53,153 bases of DNA, taken from positions 1 to 53,153 of the forward strand of contig JBQVLY010000001.1 in the NCBI GenBank assembly GCA_052361065.1, written 5' to 3'. The notes under the pieces were generated by a model that was given only the letters and a program-made list of their open reading frames with translations, was not told the origin of the DNA and searched no databases. This DNA comes from Methanosarcinaceae archaeon. GTDB taxonomy: Archaea; Halobacteriota; Methanosarcinia; Methanosarcinales; Methanosarcinaceae. This document shows, one piece after another, positions 37,353-47,240 of the stretch (position 1 is its first letter; each line of letters opens with the position of its first letter). A program made the translations under genes and the position numbers.

Positions 37353-37832
37353 TTAACCTAGGCCCCTTGTTCTGTAAACTTCATTTATGACATCACGTTT
37401 GGATACAATACCGACCAGTTTTCCGTCATCGATCACGCAGGCACGATCGATGCGATGCTTTAGCATCATCTCAGCAGCATCGCACAGATCAGTGTCATAA
37501 GAAATTGTTACCGGGTGTGGTATCATGATATCTTTTGCATTTTCACCAAGCGACCTGACCGCAGCCAGGTGGGTATGTTTGGTTCGGGGGACATGCTTAA
37601 ACAGCAGCACTTCCAGTACAATATTTTGGTCGATGACACCCACAAGTTCATCACCGGCGCTTAAGACCGGATACGTATGAAAATTGTGCTCTTCAAATAT
37701 CCCGATCACATCTTCAACGGGATCCTCTTCTGCGACGGTGATGACATCTTTCGACATGATCTCAGCGATACTTACGCCAATACATTTGTTTTTCGCAGAA
37801 TCGGATAGACTTTTGGTTTTACTTGTTGTCAT
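37353..37832 (-). CDS. CBS domain pair protein
   Basis: 159 aa with two CBS-like repeats (IMSKDVITV..., HPVTISYDTDL...LVGIVSKRDV). Its stop abuts the antiporter start. Confidence 0.8.
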   Translation of the reverse strand: MTTSKTKSLSDSAKNKCIGVSIAEIMSKDVITVAEEDPVEDVIGIFEEHNFHTYPVLSAGDELVGVIDQNIVLEVLLFKHVPRTKHTHLAAVRSLGENAKDIMIPHPVTISYDTDLCDAAEMMLKHRIDRACVIDDGKLVGIVSKRDVINEVYRTRGLG

Positions 37833-37870
37833 CGTTTATGCCCAAATTGTATATCTAACAAATCACGTTT

Positions 37871-38845
37871 TTACACCCAATCATAATGTCGTATAACTTC
37901 GATGTTGAAATCATACAGAAGACTGTTCTCAACATATCCAAAAAACAAACATCCTTCACATTGAGTGGATATTGATTTTCTTATCTCCTTTGACAAATTC
38001 CATATATTTTCAATACCGTTTTTGACATTACCAAGAGCAGCCTTCTTTACACGACAATTCTCCACAGTACCATCTGCTGTCACATTAAGGACAATATCAC
38101 TTGCATGGCATTTGAAATCTGTTGTGCGATCCCTGACCATGGTAAGATATGTAATTGAGTTTATGATCGGATAACCTTGCATTTTCATTTCGATTATACG
38201 CTGGACAGTATCCTGATACTTCTTCATATCCTTTATTCCGAGTTCATTCCAAACATCCTTATCAATACCCACAAATTCATAAAGAGGTTCAAACGATATC
38301 CTGACATCCAGTTCCTTTGCAAGATGGATAAGAGGTTCAATATCATCAAGGTTCTTGCCACCTATCACACAATTCATGAGCAGTGGGTTCTTTCGTCCTT
38401 CCTTTGCTTTCTTGATACCTGGTAGTATCTCATCAAAATCAATTCCTCGAATTTCCCTGTAACTCTCAATACCATCCACAGAAACAGACAGATAATCAAG
38501 ATCTTTTAGTTCATCAGCTCTCTTTTCAAGTAATTTTCCATTTGTGATAATGGATGTGATCATCCCGATCTTGTGTGCATGTTCCAGTATATCCGGCAGG
38601 TCTTCCCGAAGCAGGGGTTCAGCAGTCCATGCATTGTAATACAAAATACCAAACGATCTGGCATCGTCAAGCATGCTTATTATCTCTTTGAGACTCATCT
38701 CATCGCCATCAGCTTTCCAGTATTCACAGAACTTACATCTCATATTGCATTTCGAATTGATAGCATGAGACATTACAAATGGTCGTTTTTTGACCCTGAG
38801 TTGCCAGAGGGCTTGTGCTGTAAGTACGGGAGAGAATCCGGTCAT
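37871..38845 (-). CDS. radical SAM protein (MoaA/PqqE-like core), function unknown
   Basis: CNMRCKFCEY CxxxCxxC motif near the N-terminus. C-terminal Cys residues (CRVKKA..., CEGC). Confidence 0.8.
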   Translation of the reverse strand: MTGFSPVLTAQALWQLRVKKRPFVMSHAINSKCNMRCKFCEYWKADGDEMSLKEIISMLDDARSFGILYYNAWTAEPLLREDLPDILEHAHKIGMITSIITNGKLLEKRADELKDLDYLSVSVDGIESYREIRGIDFDEILPGIKKAKEGRKNPLLMNCVIGGKNLDDIEPLIHLAKELDVRISFEPLYEFVGIDKDVWNELGIKDMKKYQDTVQRIIEMKMQGYPIINSITYLTMVRDRTTDFKCHASDIVLNVTADGTVENCRVKKAALGNVKNGIENIWNLSKEIRKSISTQCEGCLFFGYVENSLLYDFNIEVIRHYDWV

Positions 38846-39016
38846 GATGCGTATTTTGGTTGGGAGTGTAGATATAGATTGGGTTTAAATCAAACAAAAC
38901 AAGGGTTTTTTCACCTGATTCCAATAAAACCGGAAATACACAACCAAAGTTCTTGGTTAAAGGCACAAAAAAAAGATAATAGGTGCCTGCGATCAAGCAG
39001 GCAATGTTTGAAGTAT

Positions 39017-39340
39017 TTATCCGAAGAGTGCACCAAGACCGGCCATTCCGCTCTCTTCTGCTTCTTCTTTCTCTTCTTCTTTTGATGCTACTTCATCTGC
39101 TTCCGGAGCACCTGTTGCTGCCTCGCCTGCAATTGCAGGTGCCGCTGCTGTGGGTGCTGCTGCAAATGCTGCTGTTGCCATTGCCTCTTCGATGTTAACG
39201 CCATCGAGTGCTGCAACAAGTGCTTTTGCACGGTTTTCGTCAACTACTGTACCTGCTGCCGCAAGTACGGCAGTAACTGCTTCGTCTGTGATATCTTTTC
39301 CAGCGTTGTGTAATAAAAGTGCTGCATATATGTATTCCAT
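39017..39340 (-). CDS. rpl12: 50S ribosomal stalk protein P1 (L12e)
   Basis: [17 protein letters not shown] start, Ala-rich hinge, acidic [19 protein letters not shown] tail. Confidence 0.95.
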   Translation of the reverse strand: MEYIYAALLLHNAGKDITDEAVTAVLAAAGTVVDENRAKALVAALDGVNIEEAMATAAFAAAPTAAAPAIAGEAATGAPEADEVASKEEEKEEAEESGMAGLGALFG

Positions 39341-39382
39341 CGCAAATCACCTTGTTTAATTAATTTATTAAATTAAATTCCA

Positions 39383-40414
39383 TTATCCAAAGAGTGCACC
39401 AAGACCGGCCATTCCGCTCTCTTGTGCCTCTTCATTATCTTCTTCCTTCTCTTCATCCACAATTTCTGTTGCTGCTACGGTTTCGATGACCGTTGCTGTT
39501 GTTGCTGCTGCACCAAGTACTTCTTTGAGTTCAACGTCAACTGCATTTTCATTGTTGCCCAAAGCAACCGATGCAACAGATAGCATCTGTGAATTTGCCT
39601 TACCAAGCAAAGTGTCCATCAGTTCCGGTTCGAATACTACCGCATTCACACCAACATTGCGTGATTCCGAAACAGCCTTTGAGATCAAAGTATTGATCGT
39701 TGCGCTTGTCGGATATGCAACATTAACAGACAGGTTAAACGCCTGCTGTATTGCTGTTGTAAAATTAGAGAAGTATTTATCTTCATCAATAACCAGTACA
39801 TCAGGTGTGTATATTAAACCCGCTTCATAGACTGCATTAAGATTCAACCCTACTTCCATAGGATAGATCTCAAGCCTTGTCAACATGGCTGCAAGTTTTT
39901 GGGAAACGGTCTCACCTTTCTTTACAACAGTCTTTGTTTTACTGATAACAACTGAACCACCATCAATCGCTGCAGGAATTCCTGCACCTTGCATATCTCC
40001 TAGTATAGGTCCAGGTGGGAAACTTGTCGGGCCTTTTTCCACAATGATATCTTTTGGAGAAATTGCACCTGCTTTTATTGGGGCAGGGCTTTTGCTCTGC
40101 TCAAGCAATTTGTAAAGCTTAAATGGATCCTTATTCGTAAACACCAGTGCAGTCTGCACATCGATGTGATCAACCATCTTTTGAACATCTTCACCGGATT
40201 CATCAAGTGCACGTTTGATAAGAGTATTTCTGAACACTTTTATAACAGCTATGTCCTTAAAATTTCTTCTCATAGCCTGAAGCTGTTTTGCAGGAATACC
40301 TTTGATACCGATAATTCCGAACAATGGATGTGATCGAATAAGAGATTTTATCTCTTCAACTTCATCCTTTTTCCACTGTGGGATGTGTTCTGTATGATGC
40401 ACTTCTTCCATCAT
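39383..40414 (-). CDS. rpl10: 50S ribosomal protein uL10 (P0)
   Basis: HIPQWKKDEVEE start and a C-terminal tail ([12 protein letters not shown]) identical to that of P1. Overlaps the uL1 stop (ATGA). Confidence 0.95.
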   Translation of the reverse strand: MMEEVHHTEHIPQWKKDEVEEIKSLIRSHPLFGIIGIKGIPAKQLQAMRRNFKDIAVIKVFRNTLIKRALDESGEDVQKMVDHIDVQTALVFTNKDPFKLYKLLEQSKSPAPIKAGAISPKDIIVEKGPTSFPPGPILGDMQGAGIPAAIDGGSVVISKTKTVVKKGETVSQKLAAMLTRLEIYPMEVGLNLNAVYEAGLIYTPDVLVIDEDKYFSNFTTAIQQAFNLSVNVAYPTSATINTLISKAVSESRNVGVNAVVFEPELMDTLLGKANSQMLSVASVALGNNENAVDVELKEVLGAAATTATVIETVAATEIVDEEKEEDNEEAQESGMAGLGALFG

Positions 40415-41052
40415 ATCACCCTCACAGAGTTACCCATTGTAGTCGTAATATATATCGACTTCAGGTTTTGTTTACCCTTGTCAAGAGAACGTTCTAACCT
40501 GCTTATCACAGTATCAATGTTCTCTGTAAGATCATCCACACTCATTTCGCGACTGCCAACTGCAACGTGAAATGTTAATTTATCCTTTGACCGTAACCGG
40601 ATCGAGTTCTTAGTGGTATTGATCATATCCACTACATTCCTGTCAGGTGTGAGCGGAACTGGCATTTTGCCCCTTGGTCCTAAAATTGCACCTAATGATT
40701 TACCAATAAGCGCCATATACTGGACTTCCGCAATAAAAGAGTCACATTCATTTGCAAGAGATCGTGCCTTTGACTTGTCAGATCCCAGTTCTTCTATGTC
40801 CTCTTCCGTAAGAACATAATCTGCACCTGCATTCTTTGCCTGCAGCCCGACATCACCCATTGCAAAAACCGCAATCTTTCTGGATTTGCCAAGACCTTTA
40901 GGAAGTACAACCATTTCGTCCACCCTATACTTTGGCTGGCTCATATCAAGATTTTTCAAATTGACTGCCAAATCCACACTTTCCCTGAATTTACGTTCAG
41001 GAGAATCCTCAAGTAACTGTTTTACGGTATTTACTATATCTTTTTCTGTCAT
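40411..41052 (-). CDS. rpl1: 50S ribosomal protein uL1
   Basis: 213 aa. ESVDLAVNLK and LGPRGKMP motifs; position in the L11-L1-P0-P1 block. Confidence 0.95.
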   Translation of the reverse strand: MTEKDIVNTVKQLLEDSPERKFRESVDLAVNLKNLDMSQPKYRVDEMVVLPKGLGKSRKIAVFAMGDVGLQAKNAGADYVLTEEDIEELGSDKSKARSLANECDSFIAEVQYMALIGKSLGAILGPRGKMPVPLTPDRNVVDMINTTKNSIRLRSKDKLTFHVAVGSREMSVDDLTENIDTVISRLERSLDKGKQNLKSIYITTTMGNSVRVI

Positions 41053-41274
41053 TTTGCTCCTCCCGTAGTGTGCAAATAATTATTTGCATGCAGGAACTGA
41101 TCCCACACCCGGATATGCACATGGAATATGTGGTTAATCCGGTACAGCCGCTTCGGCCTACTACGGATGTCATAAAAACCGTATGGTCTTATGGGCTCTT
41201 CAATAGGAGAGAGCTTGCTTTTAAACCTATCGGTTAACTGTATATTAAATATTGAGTGTTCCAATCTGAAGATT

Positions 41275-41760
41275 TCACCATTTTTCGGCTGCCAGCACTT
41301 CGTCGAATTTTCCTTCATCGATCGATTTCTGGCATTCTCTCGGATCAAGCCCTTCAACAGTAACACCCATCGGAATGCATGTACCGATGACCTCTTTCAC
41401 TGCAGCTTTAAGATCGTATGAAAGGATGTCATCTTTTTTCATACGTGCAACCTTTGCAGCCTGTGGTATTGTCAGATCACCGACAATAACCGTACCTGCT
41501 TCGCCTGAACCTTTTTCAATTCCGATCTCTTTCTTGATCAATGCAGATGTAGGTGGTGTCCCTATTTCGATCTCTATATTTTTATTGTCATCTATGATAA
41601 CCTTCACAGGAACCTGCATTCCATTAAAGTCCTTTGTTTTTTCGTTGATCTTATCGATCACATCTTTTATATTTACACCAAGCGGTCCAAGTGCCGGACC
41701 AAGAGGTGGACCTGGATTTGCTTTCCCGCCTGCTACTAATGCTTCAACAACATTTGTCAT
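41275..41760 (-). CDS. rpl11: 50S ribosomal protein uL11
   Basis: [20 protein letters not shown] motif. Confidence 0.95.
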   Translation of the reverse strand: MTNVVEALVAGGKANPGPPLGPALGPLGVNIKDVIDKINEKTKDFNGMQVPVKVIIDDNKNIEIEIGTPPTSALIKKEIGIEKGSGEAGTVIVGDLTIPQAAKVARMKKDDILSYDLKAAVKEVIGTCIPMGVTVEGLDPRECQKSIDEGKFDEVLAAEKW

Positions 41761-41852
41761 TTTAAAATCACCTTCTGTGTTTAGTAATTAATTGTAAATT
41801 AGTAATCTGTATATCAAAATCCGTGTCTGAGAAATTCATTAAATAAACATTC

Positions 41853-42317
41853 TCAAGCATTTTCTTTCTCTTTCTTAAGAATCCTCACTGTGTCCCCACG
41901 AATGGTAATGGGTATTGGTACAACTGCATCGAATAATTCAACTGTTATCTCCTCATGACCTTCGTCAACCCGTTTGACACGAGCTTTCTCACCCTTGAAC
42001 GGACCGGATGTCACCTCTATGATAGCACCTTCAGTGATTCCCGTTACGGTAGGTTTCGGGGTCAGGAAATGTGCAACCTCAGCGAGACTGGACTGCCCTT
42101 TTACTACCATTCGTGCATGTGCAACATTCTGGATTGTAAGGTCAACAATACCGGAATCAGGTGCTTCTACAAGAACATAACCTTTAAGCTCATCCGGGAC
42201 AAGGATCGCTCTTATGTCAAAATGCTCTTTCCTCGCAATCATCGCCATCATATTGGCAACTGAACGCTCTTGATTTGCAGTAGTTTTCACAACAAAAATT
42301 GCAGCATCGTCACTCAT
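41853..42317 (-). CDS. spt5: transcription elongation factor Spt5 (NusG)
   Basis: IFVVKTTANQERSVA NGN domain and C-terminal KOW (GPFKGEKARV). The ORF-track start 42332 is a GTG inside secE. Confidence 0.9.
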   Translation of the reverse strand: MSDDAAIFVVKTTANQERSVANMMAMIARKEHFDIRAILVPDELKGYVLVEAPDSGIVDLTIQNVAHARMVVKGQSSLAEVAHFLTPKPTVTGITEGAIIEVTSGPFKGEKARVKRVDEGHEEITVELFDAVVPIPITIRGDTVRILKKEKENA

Positions 42318-42322
42318 AATAA

Positions 42323-42526
42323 TTACATCCACTGGGGCATTTCTGTAAGAAGTACATAAATGATGAATCCAACAAAACCTATGAAAATAATACCAATTCC
42401 TGCTACCTTAGCAATCATCAGAAATTCACTCCTTGATGGTTTCTTGGTCAACTTGAGTACTCTCAAGTACGATTTTATAGTCTTACCAACGTTTATATTT
42501 TTTAAATTAAATGTGCCTTCTGCCAA
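42323..42526 (-). CDS. secE: preprotein translocase subunit SecE (Sec61 gamma)
   Basis: 67 aa. LRVLKLTKKPSRSEF followed by a single TM helix; conserved position upstream of spt5. Confidence 0.88.
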   Translation of the reverse strand: MAEGTFNLKNINVGKTIKSYLRVLKLTKKPSRSEFLMIAKVAGIGIIFIGFVGFIIYVLLTEMPQWM

Positions 42527-42717
42527 AATTATTCACAACCGATTGCATGATATGTTGTTCATTTATCTATAATATGTAATATCAGACTGACGTGATTGGT
42601 TTTCAATCTTATATAAGAGTAAGGCAAATTAAATAGTTTACACCATAAAATACCTTTCGATTGAACTTATGGAATACCCCAGGAAAATCCTCATTACAAT
42701 CGGATTGAATCGCATTA

Positions 42718-42763
<46 letters not shown>

Positions 42764-42962
42764 TATATCCCACAAGAATACTTCCTGCGGTCGCATTTGT
42801 CTGAAGTACAAAAAATCATACTTTATTTACAACGAGAAACTCTTCGCTAACATTCGAATTAACCCTAAATATACAATCCATACAGTACATAAAAACAAAG
42901 ATATTCCCTTATTATTGTCAGTAAATATTGTTTAGAATATTAAAATGAAAAGGCTAACTTTT

Positions 42963-44066
42963 TCATTTTACAAAATCAATACCATATCTGCGTGTGACGT
43001 TTTGGGCACCGCCATGTCCGTATATCTGTGGAGATTTAACACCCGTAACAACTATCATCGTGCGCACTGTGTGTTCCAGTTCAGGATCAACCTGTGCACC
43101 CCATATAAGTCTTGCATTGGGGTCTATGCGACTGTATACTTCTTGCACAACGCTTTCCGCTTCTGCAATTGTCATATCCGGTCCACCTACCACATTCACA
43201 AGTGCCGATGTCGCACCAGAGATATCCACATCAAGAAGTGGGCTTCTGAGTGCTTTTTGGACTGACTCTATTGCCATATCTTCACCATCTGCTTCTCCAA
43301 GTCCGATCATAGCAACACCGCCATTTTGCATAACTGTCCTGACATCTGCAAAGTCAAGATTCACAAGACCCGGCTTTGTAATAAGTTCAGTGATACCTTT
43401 AACAGCTCTCATAAGCACCTCATCAGATACCTTGAATGCTGCCTGCAATGGCAACCTTGGAACAATCTCAAGTAACTTGTCGTTTGGAACTACAATAACC
43501 GTATCTGCAACATCCCGCAGCCTCTCAAGACCCGCCTCGGCATTGGTACGCCTGACCTGTCCTTCAACTCCGAACGGTAAAGTTACAACTGCAATAGTCA
43601 GTGCACCTGCATTCCGTGCAGCCTCCGCAACGATTGGAGCAGAGCCGGTTCCGGTTCCGCCACCAAGTCCGGTAGTGATAAATACCATATCGGAATCTGC
43701 AACAACTGCATTGATCTCATCCACGCTCTCAAGTGCAGCATCTTCCCCGATCTGTGGAAGACTTCCTGCACCAAGCCCTCTTGTCTTTTTTCGGCCAATT
43801 AGTATCTTATGGTCAGCTTCAACATGCAAAAGGTGCTGGGCATCGGTATTCATGGCAATGAGTTCTGCACCCTGTATTCCTTCATCCCTCATGCGCTGGA
43901 TACTGTTAGAACCGCCACCACCACATCCAATTACTTTGATATTTGTCTGCAGGTCACGTAGCATTGCTTCAAGTTCTGCATTGATATCCTCGTACACCGG
44001 GGCACTTGAACTAATGTGTCCCTCCTGTACAGACCGCACCAATGCCTCTTCTACGATGGATTTCAT
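42963..44066 (-). CDS. ftsZ: cell division protein FtsZ
   Basis: [20 protein letters not shown] and NLDFADV motifs. ATG 44066 follows GGAGG; the ORF-track start is 44111. Confidence 0.96.
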   Translation of the reverse strand: MKSIVEEALVRSVQEGHISSSAPVYEDINAELEAMLRDLQTNIKVIGCGGGGSNSIQRMRDEGIQGAELIAMNTDAQHLLHVEADHKILIGRKKTRGLGAGSLPQIGEDAALESVDEINAVVADSDMVFITTGLGGGTGTGSAPIVAEAARNAGALTIAVVTLPFGVEGQVRRTNAEAGLERLRDVADTVIVVPNDKLLEIVPRLPLQAAFKVSDEVLMRAVKGITELITKPGLVNLDFADVRTVMQNGGVAMIGLGEADGEDMAIESVQKALRSPLLDVDISGATSALVNVVGGPDMTIAEAESVVQEVYSRIDPNARLIWGAQVDPELEHTVRTMIVVTGVKSPQIYGHGGAQNVTRRYGIDFVK

Positions 44067-44100
44067 AATGTTTTCCTCCAAGAGTAAAATAGTCAATATA

Positions 44101-45636
44101 TTAAAAATCAATTGTATTTATTAATGTGATCTTTTTCCGGTTTGATTGATACACCATTTCAGGTGTTACGGTTTTCCCGTTAACTGTGACCGCCTTTCCA
44201 CTTGTCAGTTCCCCGAACATAGGTCCTGAAGGGATACCAAATTTGCGGGCAAGTTCCGGGTTGAATTTTTTATCGATAATATACAGTATATTCTCATCTG
44301 GAATATATTTGATTTCATAACGTTCTTTTAGTATTTTAATGCATTCATTTGTGAGTTCCTGCGTTACGACCCTCGCGCAATCGTCATCGATGGTGAAAAT
44401 CACATTTGCAATTATTCCATTTGAGCGTTCAATATATGCAATGTTGTAATTGTCCAAAAAAGCCCTGACACGTTTCATATCTACAGTTTCGGTTTCCTGC
44501 AATAATTCCCGATCGAACCTGAAAGCCTTAATCTCAGGATACTTACATCCTCTGTGTGGTAGACCAAGCATCAGGATCTCATTTTTCATGCCATCCGTAA
44601 TTTTCACACGTCCGTTCTGGCAAAAATCATTTGCCTTTTGGCGCACCTGTTTAAAAAATTCCCATGGAATTGCATCCATCTCCCTGATATCCCCTTCCCG
44701 TAACACCTCATATCCAAGTTCTTCAACGATCTTACCTATTCGATCACGTTCCCTGGCAGGCATGGATTTGCGGTCAAAATATATAAAATCGGCATATGAG
44801 TTATCAAATGCCTGTTTGATCAGTTCTTTGTCGATATGCTGCAACTGGTAATTAGGAAAATTGTGACCAAACGTAATATTTGTCTCAAACAAAAGTTTCG
44901 ACTGGCGCGGTGCATAATGCCCTCCGCCAAAACCCATGGCAACAGGAACTTCCCTGTTGTCAAGGGACATAATAGCACTTGCAATAATTTCCCCGGGAAC
45001 CGGATCATTCCATTGTGTTTCATTACTTCCGATCTCAACATACACTGACGGGATATTGAGATGCGTAGGACCATGGTGAGTTGATTCCATCGAAACAGTG
45101 TAATTAGTTGTTTTTGCCAGCATCTGCAAAGTCTTAAGAAGCGAACGCAGTGCATAAGGTGCCGCTTTTGCAAATTCCTGCGCCCGTCCCCCAAATTCAG
45201 CATCCGTCACATTTCCTGTGAAATGTGCGGTTAGAAGCTTGCGTCCATCATTACTTTTGTGTTTTGATGCAAAAATTATGATTTTCGCTGGCAGACCGCA
45301 ATTGATTAACTTTTCATCGATCCCATCCTGATATATGTGATATTTATCGACCTCAACTATCCTGAAGTTGTCAAACTCATATATCTGGCACACATCAGGA
45401 CAACCATCACATGTGCATCTTATCCAGATCCATTCATGCATGGACAGGAGATGATTTTTGATATTCTGGCTTGCACTGTCAAGAGTTGAGCAGATGATTG
45501 TTATCTTTGGCTCCACTGCTTCTTTTATAATCTCATCAACAGTTATATTTTCGGACCCCTTTTCTTTAAACAATCGTCCAGCTACCTCGAATATCTTGTT
45601 TTTGGTCTCTATTTTCTTTTTTTCACGCAGGGACAT
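44101..45636 (-). CDS. dtdA: D-aminoacyl-tRNA deacylase, archaeal type (DtdA), with N- and C-terminal extensions
   Basis: The core ([16 protein letters not shown] ... MESTHHGPT ... VYVEIGS) matches the DtdA family. The first 40 codons look like a truncated TetR HTH. In-frame GTG at 45516 is an alternative start. Confidence 0.75.
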   Translation of the reverse strand: MSLREKKKIETKNKIFEVAGRLFKEKGSENITVDEIIKEAVEPKITIICSTLDSASQNIKNHLLSMHEWIWIRCTCDGCPDVCQIYEFDNFRIVEVDKYHIYQDGIDEKLINCGLPAKIIIFASKHKSNDGRKLLTAHFTGNVTDAEFGGRAQEFAKAAPYALRSLLKTLQMLAKTTNYTVSMESTHHGPTHLNIPSVYVEIGSNETQWNDPVPGEIIASAIMSLDNREVPVAMGFGGGHYAPRQSKLLFETNITFGHNFPNYQLQHIDKELIKQAFDNSYADFIYFDRKSMPARERDRIGKIVEELGYEVLREGDIREMDAIPWEFFKQVRQKANDFCQNGRVKITDGMKNEILMLGLPHRGCKYPEIKAFRFDRELLQETETVDMKRVRAFLDNYNIAYIERSNGIIANVIFTIDDDCARVVTQELTNECIKILKERYEIKYIPDENILYIIDKKFNPELARKFGIPSGPMFGELTSGKAVTVNGKTVTPEMVYQSNRKKITLINTIDF

Positions 45637-45739
45637 GTTACCATCTTCTTAACATATAGTGACTATGGGTCAAATATGACTATAGTCACATATTGGTCAT
45701 TTTGGAGTTTAGTAAAAGTTTTATTCAGGAATGAGATTT

Positions 45740-46174
45740 CTAAAATTTAAGTATATTTTTAACTATCTTATAAATGTAAGTAGAAGGGTTGCTTTCGATG
45801 CTGAATATATTTATTTTATTGCTTTCATGCAAGCTCTTTAACTTTTTTGCATTTTTAATTGCTGTTTCTCTGCGACTTAATAATATCTCAAAATAGTCTC
45901 CATTTTTCAGATATTCCGGAATATATTTTTTTAGCCTATTTATTAGGTCGTGATTATTCAATGGATGCCCATAGTATTCATAATGCAAAAGATACCACAT
46001 CTCAAAAGAAGGATTTGACATGCCGATTTTTACACTTTTACCTGCATTTTTACAGGCACTAATAATCTGGGTGTTGATGTTGATGTTGCCATTGCAATCA
46101 AAAACACACCAAATATCGTCACCGTTTTTGAGATCAAGATCGTATTTTTTAATTTGACCTTTAGCAAATTTCAC
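45740..46174 (-). pseudogene. RloB-like (Toprim/OLD-type) protein, N-terminally truncated or disrupted
   Basis: DDIWCVFDCNG and KIGMSNPSFEMWYLLHYEYY match the RloB C-terminal signature. There is no proper start: the frame stays open 108 nt upstream of the GTG at 46174 into an inverted repeat. No RloA ATPase partner is present. Confidence 0.6.
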
Positions 46175-46296
46175 AAGATTTGCAGGGTCAGTATATTTTG
46201 TGTTAGGTGTTTCTATATTACTTTCCGCACATCTCGAAACCGCTTTAATCGTAATTAAATCAAACCAATTTCCCGTTGTGGGGCAAGATTAACTGA

Positions 46297-46503
46297 TTAT
46301 TCTTTTACAATTATAACATATGCTTTCCAACCCCTGTATTTTTTAGGCGCGTCAATTTTTGCAGAGTTGCCGAAAGGTGTGATCTTCTTTTCATAAATCA
46401 ATTCAACCTGTTCTCGTAAGATAAAGTCTTCAGCTTTAACCTCGACTTTTCTCATATTACTGATATCCTTGGATATCCTTAAATACTTTGTGTTATCATT
46501 CAA
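46297..46503 (-). CDS. small AbrB/SpoVT-like 'transposon-encoded protein' (DUF2080-like)
   Basis: 68 aa. ITPFGNSAKIDAPKKYRGWKAYVIIV resembles the archaeal DUF2080 family that accompanies Methanosarcina IS elements (from memory). Confidence 0.55.
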   Translation of the reverse strand: MNDNTKYLRISKDISNMRKVEVKAEDFILREQVELIYEKKITPFGNSAKIDAPKKYRGWKAYVIIVKE

Positions 46504-46558
46504 ATAGGTGTGATATTATTGCACTTAATTTAGAAAATATATTGTAAATTAAATTCAC

Positions 46559-46900
46559 TTGACTCATGTGAACAATATGAATAATGCAGAATCACTTGAA
46601 TTCGAATCGGAAACAATAGACGCATTACCGATCATAAACCACTTCATCGATAGGTTAGGTCTCGATAAAATTATAGAATATGCCATGTCGTATGCGAATC
46701 CAAGCAACCGTATTATGCCATATATATCCGTTGACATGCTTTTGAGAAATATTATAATTGGTCGTTTACCGGTTAATGGATTCAAAAAATGTGTGTCACT
46801 TTTTGACTCCCATCTTTTTAATCTCAAGTCTGAACAAGTTGATTATATCAACGATAACATCATTGATAAGGCTCTTGAAAATTCTAAATCAACAGGATAA
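46559..46900 (+). pseudogene. IS4/IS1634-type transposase, N-terminal fragment only
   Basis: 113 aa. ALPIINHFIDRLGLDKII and INDNIIDKALE resemble the N-terminal (DUF4277-like) region of IS1634-family transposases. The DDE catalytic part is absent. Confidence 0.5.
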
Positions 46901-46938
46901 AATACGATTAAAAGCCAGATGAGATGTGCGGAAAGTAA

Positions 46939-47037
46939 GATGAATATATAGGTATGATCAAATAATTGGAAGGAAAGGATGGAGAAAATTTATGTACATA
47001 AAGGCAATGTATGAGGAGGAAATTGTTCCTTATTTTC
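46939..47037 (-). repeat. ~100-bp dispersed repeat, copy 2 (inverted relative to copy 1)
   Basis: The reverse complement aligns with 36075-36178. It abuts the right inverted repeat of the IS remnant. Confidence 0.8.
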
Positions 47038-47240
47038 ATATCTGCAAATACGACACCGCTTAAAAACCGTTTTGTATTTCATGTTTATAATTGTGAGAAC
47101 GTGCCGCTCTGCGCACGGTCGCGTCGTTTTTTGCATCTGTCTGATCCCCTCCATCTAGCGACATTATATGGTTGACACGACACTAGGCATCTCATAATTA
47201 TGGTGCTCATAGGTCACAAAAGCATTCCAAAACTAAGATG

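Larger units (their letters stand above)
46217..46938. mobile_element. 722-bp segment bounded by ~35-bp imperfect inverted repeats, carrying IS-related gene remnants
   Basis: 46217-46251 TTACTTTCCGCACATCTC-GAAACCGC-TTTAATCGT versus the reverse complement of 46904-46938 TTACTTTCCGCACATCTC-ATCTGGCT-TTTAATCGT (27 of 35 nt identical). The interior holds a DUF2080-like gene and a transposase N-terminal fragment. Confidence 0.55.

Noticed and set aside
39017-39423. Two ~40-nt near-identical DNA segments (39017-39057 and 39383-39423)
   Set aside because: They are not a mobile or regulatory repeat. They encode the shared C-terminal stalk peptide ([12 protein letters not shown]) of P1 and P0, a known conserved feature.
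41049-41366. 105-aa minus-strand ORF in the L11-L1 spacer
   Set aside because: It overlaps the 3' end of the uL11 gene in another frame, has odd composition and lies inside a probable leader region.
42994-44124. 376-aa ORF on the + strand
   Set aside because: It lies exactly antisense to ftsZ and has Ser/Thr/Ala/Ile-rich low-complexity content. It is a shadow frame of a highly conserved gene.
46941-47100. Missing RloB N-terminus on the far side of the IS remnant (minus-strand peptide MKYKTVFKRCRICRYENKEQF...)
   Set aside because: The C..E..E spacing loosely recalls the RloB CEGEKTE motif. However, this stretch belongs to the ~100-bp dispersed repeat also found at 36075-36178, so the resemblance is most likely coincidental.
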